From Acanthaster planci (taxonomy: Eukaryota), in NCBI RefSeq assembly GCF_001949145.1, contig NW_019091358.1:1302961-1366960 (forward strand): a stretch of 64,000 nt of DNA, in the 5' to 3' direction. Shown here in pieces: positions 50,301-60,478 of the stretch. Made by a program: the position numbers and the translations under genes. Each line of letters begins with the position of its first letter. The stretch's first letter is position 1. Below the pieces are notes generated by a model. The model searched no databases. It was not told where the DNA came from and worked only from the letters and a program-made list of their open reading frames with translations.

Positions 50301-53300
50301 TATTCCAGATCGATTTATTGAAATGAAAAATTAGAGATTAATTATTAATTGTCATGAATGTAAGAGCATAAGGATTGTGAAGCTTAGTGAAAGCTTCTGG
50401 AGACTATGCTCAAGGGACTTTTTTCCCCCACCTTTTTTCAGGACTGGAGTCGTAGCATCCTTTTTTGTGCCGTTCTTCTTGGATGTGCCGTACATTTCAG
50501 CGCCGAATGTTTTAGGGCACATCCTGAACGGGAAGTGGTTGGTATACATCTTAGGGTTACAAGTGAGTTGCATGCCTTATCCCTGGAAAGACTGTACTAT
50601 CATACCCTTCACCACAAATGGACAAGAATAGAAATTTATGGGTAAAATACATCTGACCAACTCACTGTCCTTGCAACAAACCGATGCAGACGGTAACGAC
50701 AGTGTAAAGCATAGATTGTTTAGCGCCGCCAAGCGGCGCAAGATGGCGAACTTCTCCGTGAATACAAGTAAAATGTTGTAACCGCATGGGCACCATTTGA
50801 GCAAGCGATACACCTGCGCAATGCACATTAATGCACTGGCGCAGGCACCGCGGTAGGCACGTGCACCTGGTGAGCCCGCGCTCAAGCATTACCGTAAACT
50901 GCGCAGGCGTATCGCTTGCTCAAATGGTGCCCGTGGTCATTACATCTTTTGGGCAGAGTAATCCATCTTGCGCCTTCGGCGTTATACGATCTTTGGTGTA
51001 AAGTTACACGCAAGTTGAAATCGGCTCTATCATGTGAGCATGTGCAACGGTATAATCTACCGTAGTTAGAGGATGACCAGCTCTCGCTGTTCTAGCTTAC
51101 ATGGATTTCCATACATGTTCATGTGGAACCTTGTGAAGTAAGTCTTGAAAGAAATCTTGAAAGTAAGTTACGCCATGCATTAATATAAATCTATGATACG
51201 CATCAGTGGGCGATACGTGTAGTTTTCTCAAATTTTTCTGCTCCTGACCGTTCGTGGTGGGTTATGGTACTAAAATCTTACCAAAAGCGTTACCTTTCAT
51301 TAGTGTACCCTTTTTCTGCCTCCAGAAGCCCACATTTACAAACAGTGTGCATGTACTTGGAGGTATTTTTGTTCAGGGATTGAAAGAAGTGCCAAAACTG
51401 ACTGCTGTGTGGAGGTCTGTGTTCTTTGAGTCAGTTGCCAACCTTGGCGAGACATGGCAATTTGACTACCATGGTCTCTGGTCCTTAGCTTTTATACTTC
51501 TCTGTTTCATTTCGTTTCGTTTCATTCAGTCAGTCAGTCAGCTTTTTACCTCCATATGTCTTTAAACCCTAAAAGAGGCAGAATTTTTTGGGGGGCCCTC
51601 TCACAGCTGAGATAGGGGTTGTCCCCCCCCATCCTTGAGAATTTAGCTGTCCCACACCTAATTGTTTTTATGCATTTTTTATATGCATGTAAGACACTCA
51701 TCATCAGTATGCGCATACATGTATCTAGGAAGTGTCAATGCAGTAAGATATAGGAATTTGTTATGATTATTTGAAGTTTTTGATCTGTGATTTGAACTAC
51801 ATTAACGGGGAAAAGGTAACTTTTGGGCTGACCTTTTTCTAATGTTCACAAAATTGGTTTTACAATGACCACAGGACATTATTAAAAAAAGAAGACTCCT
51901 GCACACTCTGTACAGGAAAAGACTTCACAACGACGATATTGGAGAAAATTTCAAGAGTGGTTTTGGATTTTGTTAAGTTAGCTTTTAACCTGTGAATGTC
52001 TCCCAGCCTCAAAAGGATGCACCCCTGTAAGACAGCCCAGCTAGAGTTAATTCATTTTTCAATTTGATCAAAATACTACGTCCTGGTTCTTCCCGAAAAC
52101 GTGTCTTTACACTGACCATTTTAGTGTACTTTCATTCCTGCATCTCCAGTTATTATCTCAGTCAACACAGTCCAGCATCGCCGTAGGATGCGGCCTCCTC
52201 TCAAGCCTGCTGTACCGCCTCAACTTCCTCCACCTGCGGTCCTGGCTGCGCATCCCCACGCCCCTGACCCGCCTCTCGGCTGCGCTACTGGGCCCCCTCC
52301 TGAGGTCGCCTCCCCCCCGGGAGGGCCCCGTACCGATGGGGGCCACCTTGGAGATCCAGCGGCAGCAGCGGATGGAGCTGATGGAGCAGCGGATGCTTCT
52401 GGCGCAGGCGCGGCAGTTCAGACAGCAGCAGGCGCTGGTAAGGGGAGTCACCCCTTCCACCAGACCAACTATTGTGAGTTGGTTTACATTTCTTATACAG
52501 TTTGACCAAATGCTCAGAGTGACGTCGAAAGTGACCGGTCCAAAAAAATGGCCCGGCCATTTATGCAGTTGTTTTGTTTCAAATTACATTACAAAGAACA
52601 AGCCCTGTGCTTGGTTGTATCATTCTGTTAAGTACCATGATTAAAATGAATATTGTGTGGGTGAAAAATGTTTTTGGTTCCGATTGATTTCTATTGTAAA
52701 GGATTCTTTTGAAGGCCTGTAACTCAAAAGTGTTTTTGTACTTTTCTGACTCATTTTGTGGTGTTTTCCTTTTTTTTGGGGGGGTGGGGTTTTTCCTTCA
52801 CTGACATAGTCTTGTACTTCCTGTGAGTTTCCTCAGATAAAGCCCAATGCAAGTTTACTTGGACCATTTTCCATTTATCTCACAGTCCCCCCTGTCTTGG
52901 GTTTCATTCTATCATCCAGAATCTTTCTCCGATTTTTGTTGTTTGAGCACAGTGGAAACGTTCCGGATTTGAGCCCAAATTGAGACGATTCGTGCATGAG
53001 GGTGTCATCAAGATAAACAAATCCTCAGGCCCAAAGATTAAAGCTGGATGGGTCAAGTAACTGGCCCAGGGACACAAGGATACCCCATCACTGGATTCAA
53101 ACCCCTGACCCATGATTCGGAGTTACAAACTTTAACCACTAGGCCACATGTCACAGACATGTAGAATAAGCCATTTGCAAGTTAAATTTGAAAAAAATCT
53201 GGTACACTGAGTTATTTAAATTCACGTGAACATAACAAATTGAAATGCTCCGTATTAAAGACACTGTTGTTATACCTCATGATTCGGGGCAAGCTTTTGC

Positions 53301-56300
53301 TTAGTTACATACGAGATGTCTTGCCCTCTTACAGTGTTTTCCACAGATAAGAAGGGCTCAAGGGAACCAGTCCATTCTAGAAACGGTGGTCACTATGCAA
53401 AAGCTTGCCCCGAAGCACGAGATGTTGCAACAGTGTCCTTAGTCTGGAGAATTCAAATTGTTATGTTTATGTGCATTCAGATAAGTCAGTGTACCAGATT
53501 TTATTCAAATTTAACTCATAAAAGGCTTATTGACTGTGCTGTTCCTTGCTTATTCAACAGAGTGCACCTTTTGCTGGGAGGACTGCGGGCAACTTAGCGT
53601 CAGTATTTAGGCAACGTCACAGCCGCAACAGTAATTCAGGTAGCGTGATTTTATGCAGTGTAACACAGTAATATGTAGACTCGCAAGCATGCCACAGGGA
53701 TGCAGTTAATTGGAACAGGCAATGTTTGTGTGGCATTTGTAATTATGCCTTATTTTACCATCAAGTGTATTTAGGCAACAAGTCCTAATAAAGTGTTTAT
53801 AATGTCATCAAATAAGATATGTTTTACTTTATAATTCATTTCAAAATCAAAGACAACTTGTGTTTGAGGCACTGTACAATTAAGGCTTTATTTTTCTGAA
53901 ATTATAAGCCACTATGAGACTGTCAGAAAAAAAATGTGTTGTGAATGACATTTAAGAAACATTCACACAGTACAGTGTATCTTCAAGAAGAGTTGCAATC
54001 TTATTTTTCCAGCTGTCAAAATATGAATAAAAGCACCCCAAGATGTGGCCTCCAGAAGCCTCATCAGCCGTTGAATCTTTTTTAGTAAATGAATCAATCT
54101 CCCGTGAAAAACTTTTTGTTACCAAACCTCATACATGATGGTGAGCTGAAATCGCACTGGTTCATTTACCGTCACGTACCATTCACCAGTTTTTGCAGTT
54201 TACGAGGTGCACATGCGAGGATCTCTATACAAGTCGAATACGCCAGTGTAGTTAACTGTTTCCCCAAAGGATTTCATTTTGTTTGTTCTGTATGAAGCCA
54301 CAGTGACTGTAACTGTTGGCCTGTTGAAATGGTGCACATACAAGATGATGAGTTTTCAAGATGTATTTTTGCGTTGGGGAGATGTTAATTATATATAACG
54401 GGTTTGGCCNNNNNNNNNNNNNNNNNNNNNNNNNNNNNNNNNNNNNNNNNNNNNNNNNNNNNNNNNNNNNNNNNNNNNNNNNNNNNNNNNNNNNNNNNNN
54501 NNNNNNNNNNNNNNNNNNNNNNNNNNNNNNNNNNNNNNNNNNNNNNNNNNNNNNNNNNNNNNNNNNNNNNNNNNNNNNNNNNNNNNNNNNNNNNNNNNNN
54601 NNNNNNNNNNNNNNNNNNNNNNNNNNNNNNNNNNNNNNNNNNNNNNNNNNNNNNNNNNNNNNNNNNNNNNNNNNNNNNNNNNNNNNNNNNNNNNNNNNNN
54701 NNNNNNNNNNNNNNNNNNNNNNNNNNNNNNNNNNNNNNNNNNNNNNNNNNNNNNNNNNNNNNNNNNNNNNNNNNNNNNNNNNNNNNNNNNNNNNNNNNNN
54801 NNNNNNNNNNNNNNNNNNNNNNNNNNNNNNNNNNNNNNNNNNNNNNNNNNNNNNNNNNNNNNNNNNNNNNNNNNNNNNNNNNNNNNNNNNNNNNNNNNNN
54901 NNNNNNNNNNNNNNNNNNNNNNNNNNNNNNNNNNNNNNNNNNNNNNNNNNNNNNNNNNNNNNNNNNNNNNNNNNNNNNNNNNNNNNNNNNNNNNNNNNNN
55001 NNNNNNNNNNNNNNNNNNNNNNNNNNNNNNNNNNNNNNNNNNNNNNNNNNNNNNNNNNNNNNNNNNNNNNNNNNNNNNNNNNNNNNNNNNNNNNNNNNNN
55101 NNNNNNNNNNNNNNNNNNNNNNNNNNNNNNNNNNNNNNNNNNNNNNNNNNNNNNNNNNNNNNNNNNNNNNNNNNNNNNNNNNNNNNNNNNNNNNNNNNNN
55201 NNNNNNNNNNNNNNNNNNNNNNNNNNNNNNNNNNNNNNNNNNNNNNNNNNNNNNNNNNNNNNNNNNNNNNNNNNNNNNNNNNNNNNNNNNNNNNNNNNNN
55301 NNNNNNNNNNNNNNNNNNNNNNNNNNNNNNNNNNNNNNNNNNNNNNNNNNNNNNNNNNNNNNNNCTCTCGGACAAGCACTGAGCATACAGTGTTTATTAA
55401 TATACGTTGGGTAAGGGCAAACCCGTTATATATAAAGATGATGAGTGTTTGAAATGATGCCTGACACTGTAAGGACAAATATGTCTGCAGTATGGTAAAG
55501 CAAATGATTAGATATTTTATTATGCCCCGCCCTGACGAAGTCGAAGGGGCATACTCTTTCCGCCTTGTCCTTCGGTGGGTGTACATGTGTATGTGTGTGG
55601 GCTAACCTTACATGGACATACCTCGTGTGGACTTGTGAACAAAAGATGTCCACCCGATGCAGGAAAGGAAGATGTTCTGTGGACTTACACACGTCCACAG
55701 GACGTTTCCCCTTCTCTGAGGCATTTTGGGGGTAGGGGTCATCCGTCGTTAAAGGAAAAGGAATAGTCAAGGAAACCTTGTACAAAAAAACAGCTGGAAA
55801 TTATGCTCCCAGTTCAAGAAAAACGAGTATTTTCACTGAGTTTTCTTAACTGCACAAACAGAAAGGAATGTCCACACTAGGTATGTAAGGTAAGTGTGGG
55901 TGTGTGTGTCCATGAATTGGTATGTACAGTAGGTTGAAATCAGTGAGCCTAAGAAGCCTATTGACTTTGGATGCAAAATATTAACCACTTCCTTCGGGGG
56001 TCTCCGGAATCGGAGACGTATGGCTTATATGCGTGGCCGGGGTCTCTGAACTCGGACAAAGGAAACCGGGCCCTGTAACAAAAGAGCGTACTCCGAACAA
56101 AAGACCAGGCTGCTGGGCATTATCGACATTTTTCACTCTCAAAAGTGGTGATAATCCAGCCTTGTTTTGAAACCGTATACCAGGGTTTGGGGCATTGAGA
56201 GCGAGCGGATTACCACCAGGGACAAAAGCGCATTTAAAGCAAGATATGGGACAGAGAGAACCCCCCCCCCGCCTTTGTGTTGGTCATTGTTTGATCGGAA

Positions 56301-57914
56301 TCTCAGGAATTCTTTACAGACTTCCAGGGGGGATGTGTTAGGTAACAATACTCTAGAATGTGTATAGGGATTGGACAGGTAAGGGGGGTACCCCTCCGTC
56401 CCATATCTTGCCTGGTATACAAAAGTGCTTCACCACTGCAGCGATGAGCCACACAGCACCGCTGCTCGCTAATCTGGCCCCTATTGAAAAGAGGTCAGCA
56501 GTGCACTGAGCCAGGTTCGTGAACAAAAGAAAGTTACATAACACCGCACAATCTGGGCTCTTTTTACAAGGCTGCAGGCCTGGCTGAAGTATTCGGGTGT
56601 CAATTAAGTTCACCTGTCAACTTAGAGTAGTGCCTAAAGATTACTTCGTGCGGCTATAAACGACTGTTAAATGAAATGATGAATTTTTGAAGAATTTTGA
56701 AAACGGAAAAAATGATAGTCATGCTGGCCAAGCATCATCAACATTGAAAAATGCCCCGGCATGAAGTGGTTAAGGTTCAAGGTCCAATTGGCTAAAACAA
56801 TAGAAATCTTGTCAGCACAATTACTTGGGAATGACATGTCCTGTGGACTTCAAATTTGGTGTGTAAGTTGTAATCAGTGGTCCTAAGAAACCTATTGAAT
56901 TTGGATGCAAAATATTAAGGTTCAAGGTCAAAAACTCAAATGAACAATGGCATGTTTAGGGGATTTCATGCAGTCTTGGCGGGCATATGTGTTTGTCAAA
57001 CACCTATCTTGTTTTGATTGGATTGTCAATTTTAGGTCCCTGAGGTACTGGAAGTTGGTGGTAATTTCTAGTTGCCTAAGCCCTCAGTGTGTGTACTCTT
57101 GGAGCTTGTTCAAATATTTGAGTGAACCTTTTCGACCATCCTTGATCACTTGTCTAACAACCCAGAGTCTTGCTTGGTTGAGCAATCTTGGGGGTCATAG
57201 TGCTCAATTGTTAATTAAATAAAGATTCTCATGTTGGATTGGTTTTTGCTGACAGGCGATACACCTGACACAGAGCCAGGCAGTGCCCCGCACTCAAGCC
57301 AGACACAAACGAGTCGAGACACGAGCTCAGTACCAGAAGAACAGGTGAGCCACCAGTTCAACTTAGTTTGACTCAGTTTGTGGTTTTGAAATGGGAAAAG
57401 AATGTTTGAGTGAATATGCTCTTCACTTGCATAAGACGGAGCTGTCTTCACATGCACAACTTCAGGTGCTGGAACTCGGTGGTTAGGCTTTCAAATAGAT
57501 TTACTCCCCTGAAAGTCTACGAGGCCTTGGAGGCTGGCTTAGTTTGAAATTAAGTCTTTAAAGCTGTTTTGGTATGGGTGTCAGTCCTATCCCGTGAAAG
57601 TCTCTTCTTTTTTTTAAGTGTCCTTTGTAGATATGTGAGTCCAAGTAGATGTCATTTGTGGTGGCAATTTTGATTAGTTGAGAGTTTTGTCAGCATAGGC
57701 TAGCTATCTTCTGATGCTTCTTTCTGTATCTCATTACACATGCGCCATGGAGAACAGGCAAGGTATTACGTTCGAAATTGTATTCGGTTGTATTCGCCTG
57801 CAGGTGCAGCAACTCACAGACATGGGTTTCAACCGAAGGGCTGTGGTCCAAGCCCTCCTGGCTACACACAACAATGTTTCCATGGCAACAAACTTGCTTC
57901 TCCAAGATGGCTGA
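47305..57914 (+). CDS. UBAC2: UBA domain-containing protein 2 (rhomboid-like pseudoprotease plus C-terminal UBA), 9 exons, about 358-370 aa
   Basis: Exons 47305-47335, 48569-48696, 49115-49234, 49789-49898, 50442-50562, 52150-52473 (or 52437), 53561-53639, 57256-57344, 57804-57914. Motifs GFYKNPVTKGL, WRLLTSK, YNFRLFEKRYGSTKFASY, KWLVYILGLQL, MGATLEIQRQQRME, and UBA EEQVQQLTDMGFNR..V.QAL.ATHNNVSMATNLLL. Confidence 0.94.
48569..48696 (+). CDS. UBAC2: UBAC2 exon 2 (YKNPVTKGLL...)
   Basis: aatag acceptor, gtgaga donor. Confidence 0.88.
49115..49234 (+). CDS. UBAC2: UBAC2 exon 3 (MWRLLTSK...FEKRYGSTKFA)
   Basis: Rhomboid WR and ER-loop motifs; ttccag acceptor, gtgagt donor. Confidence 0.93.
49789..49898 (+). 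CDS. UBAC2: UBAC2 exon 4 (SYLFANG...SQGP)
   Basis: tttgtag acceptor, gtgagt donor. Confidence 0.88.
50442..50562 (+). CDS. UBAC2: UBAC2 exon 5 (TGVVASFFVPFFLDVP...ILGLQ)
   Basis: tttcag acceptor, gtgagt donor. Confidence 0.9.
50705..50998. mobile_element. GC-rich MITE in UBAC2 intron 5
   Basis: ggcgcaagatgg..gggcaccatttgagcaagcgatacacctgcgca versus tgcgcaggcgtatcgcttgctcaaatggtgccc..ccatcttgcgcc. Confidence 0.75.
52150..52473 (+). CDS. UBAC2: UBAC2 exon 6 (contains MGATLEIQRQQRMEL)
   Basis: ctccag acceptor; two in-frame donors (after 52437 gtaagg, after 52473 gtgagt). Confidence 0.9.
52990..53148 (-). mobile_element. tRNA-derived SINE, reverse orientation
   Basis: Minus strand: gtggcctagtggttaa (A box), ggtttgaatcc (B box), ttgtgtccctgggccagttactt core. 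Confidence 0.65.
53561..53639 (+). CDS. UBAC2: UBAC2 exon 7 (SAPFAGR...RQRHSRNSNS)
   Basis: caacag acceptor, CAG|gtagc donor; supplies the phase shift needed for exon 8. Confidence 0.75.
54410..55364. other. Assembly gap (N run) inside an inverted-repeat element
   Basis: N run flanked by ttatatataacgggttt (about 54389) and aaacccgttatatataa (about 55434). Confidence 0.99.
55601..55893. mobile_element. MITE; second copy at 63683-63980
   Basis: TIR catacct.gtgtggac / gtccacactaggtatg; colinear with 63683-63980. Confidence 0.75.
55985..56769. mobile_element. Non-autonomous piggyBac-like element
   Basis: TTAA TSD (55981-55984 and 56770-56773), TIR CCACTTC / GAAGTGG; the same terminus (ttaaccacttcatgccgg) occurs at 49922. 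Confidence 0.75.
57256..57344 (+). CDS. UBAC2: UBAC2 exon 8 (...SSVPEEQ)
   Basis: gacag acceptor, CAG|gtgagc donor; runs into the UBA domain. Confidence 0.82.
57804..57914 (+). CDS. UBAC2: UBAC2 exon 9 (UBA domain)
   Basis: MGF and LL UBA signature; ctgcag acceptor, TGA stop. Confidence 0.93.
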   Translation: MQQLTDMGFNRRAVVQALLATHNNVSMATNLLLQDG

Positions 57915-59135
57915 CTGCCAGATATTCCCTTCTGTGCAGGTTTTCACGTTACGGGACTGGGGATGAGGTAGTCCCCTCTTTGGCTTTTAAAAAGAAAATG
58001 CATATTTAGATGGAATTCATTGCATTTTACCATTTGTGGAGGTGCAAGGAGACCAGACAGTAAAATCGCAATATTTGCTCTGTGCAGGAACAAGAAATGG
58101 TATGTTGTTACATGGCAATGATAGTCCTTTGTCGGGAAGTCAAGTTAGGCATGCCCAGTTTCATGCCAGCTTGGGGCGGGATGCGCTGACCCATTTCTCC
58201 TGGCATGTACGCTGTCTTCATGAGCGCTGGGCACCAAACCAACCCATCCCTTCTTTGCTGGTAAGGGGTGCTCCAGGTTCAGGTAAATCGAGTATGAGGA
58301 AAAGTGACAAATGAAATCAGATATGAACATCATAGATACCATTCTTTTTTTTCCATGTAGGTGACACTGTCGATGCACCTTAACCCTAACCCCCTGGGGA
58401 CCATTGAAATCTGGCATAACCTTGGGTTCAGCATGGTTAGGGTTATTCATCCTCATGCATAAGATAGCACCCATGACTACCTGTGAGCAAAGAGCAGAAG
58501 AGGCTTGTAGTGGTTTTTTTGTTTTTGCATGGTGTTAATGTTGGGTTTGTTTGGTCGATGTGCTTGATCGTACGATTTTTGTGCAATTGGTCAATCTTAC
58601 TGCATGGATTGTCAAAACGCCACTATCAGCCAACCGCCTTTCCTTCTTAATTCATGGTGTTGAAAGATTGTTTCAAAAAAGGGGTCAGTAGTTGGAGAAT
58701 TAATGCAGAATTGACCCATCTTGCAGACTGGTAATGGGGATCAGCCGACTCGGTGCCGGGGTGCCCAAAATTGAACAAAGGAGCTTGGCCTTGTAACAAA
58801 AGATCGTACTTGGAACAATAGACCGAGCTGCTGGGAATTGCTAACATTTTTCAGCACAGAGTGCTGGCATTAGTGGAGGTAATCCGTTTGCGGCATTTAG
58901 CGCCCACGGATTATCAGCGGGGACAAAAGTGCTTCAGCACTCCAGCGATGAGCAATACAGTACCGCTGCACGCTAATCTGGCCGCATTTGAAAAGACACC
59001 ACTGCCATTCAGCAACACACTTGGCCAATTTTGGGAACAAATGAAATTACGCCACACCGTACAATGTAAACTCCCTTTACCGGGCGGCAGGCCTGGCTTC
59101 AATGGAGGTTGCCTGTCGGATTAGAGTAGCCACCG

Positions 59136-60478
59136 GGCCCATATTCATAAAAGCCTGCTAAACTAGCAGCCAGCTAGGCTTTAGTAAGCTGCAAAATACC
59201 TGCTCCATAGTTTCCTATCATTTTCATATTCATAAAACTCTGCTAAGGACATTCCAGGTAGTTGTCAACTAGGATTTGATTAGTTGTCAACTTAGCGGTT
59301 GGCACTGTCCCAAACCACAAATTACAATATGGGTCAGTTTCACTTTCAATAGGATTGGTATGTTTATGTGGCTAGACAATAGAGTTGTGCATGTACCAAC
59401 TGCTGTGTGTGTCTACATAATGCAACGTACAAACTGTTCTCTGTTATCCACATCGTAAACACACATGCTCAAAATGGAGGATACACGAGCAGGCAACAGA
59501 AAGAAAAGAAAATCTAGTTATTCTCAGGAAGAGAATTTATTCGTAGCTGAAAAGTATGATGAATACAAAGATGTCAACGACAGTAGACATAAAGATGCAA
59601 ACACCAACTGGAAGAAAGAAAGGTTTAGTTGTCAGCTAGAGACTTAGAGGTACCCAAGACCACCTCTAAATTAACAGACAACTTAGCAGTCAATTAATCT
59701 TAGCAGCGTTTTATGAATAACACTTAGCTGNNNNNNNNNNNNNNNNNNNNNNNNNNNNNNNNNNNNNNNNNNNNNNNNNNNNNNNNNNNNNNNNNNNNNN
59801 NNNNNNNNNNNNNNNNNNNNNNNNNNNNNNNNNNNNNNNNNNNNNNNNNNNNNNNNNNNNNNNNNNNNNNNNNNNNNNNNNNNNNNNNNNNNNNNNNNNN
59901 NNNNNNNNNNNNNNNNNNNNNNNNNNNNNNNNNNNNNNNNNNNNNNNNNNNNNNNNNNNNNNNNNNNNNNNNNNNNNNNNNNNNNNNNNNNNNNNNNNNN
60001 NNNNNNNNNNNNNNNNNNNNNNNNNNNNNNNNNNNNNNNNNNNNNNNNNNNNNNNNNNNNNNNNNNNNNNNNNNNNNNNNNNNNNNNNNNNNNNNNNNNN
60101 NNNNNNNNNNNNNNNNNNNNNNNNNNNNNNNNNNNNNNNNNNNNNNNNNNNNNNNNNNNNNNNNNNNNNNNNNNNNNNNNNNNNNNNNNNNNNNNNNNNN
60201 NNNNNNNNNNNNNNNNNNNNNNNNNNNNNNNNNNNNNNNNNNNNNNNNNNNNNNNNNNNNNNNNNNNNNNNNNNNNNNNNNNNNNNNNNNNNNNNNNNNN
60301 NNNNNNNNNNNNNNNNNNNNNNNNNNNNNNNNNNNNNNNNNNNNNNNNNNNNNNNNNNNNNNNNNNNNNNNNNNNNNNNNNNNNNNNNNNNNNNNNNNNN
60401 NNNNNNNNNNNNNNNNNNNNNNNNNNNNNNNNNNNNNNNNNNNTAACTAGGCTTAGCAGGGTTTTATGAATATGGGCC
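59136..60478 (+). mobile_element. PIF/Harbinger-like element with Myb/SANT-like ORF remnant
   Basis: TIR ggcccatattcataaaa.cctgctaa / ttagcagggttttatgaatatgggcc, CNG flanks (ccg/cag); ORF 59465-59647 RKKRKSSYSQEENLFVAEKYDEYKD...DANTNWKK. Confidence 0.75.
59731..60443. other. Assembly gap (N run)
   Basis: N run within the Harbinger-like element. Confidence 0.99.

Larger units (their letters stand above)
55515..57013 (+). mobile_element. DINE-1/HINE-like (Helentron-type non-autonomous) element carrying nested insertions
   Basis: 5' ttttattatgcccc..ggggcata hairpin, GT-rich microsatellite, tandem core repeats with ggttcaaggtca, 3' gcgggcatatgtgttt..aaacac..cttgtttt. Confidence 0.6.

Noticed and set aside
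54252..55586. Long ORFs of 328-444 aa
   Set aside because: Artefacts of the N gap.
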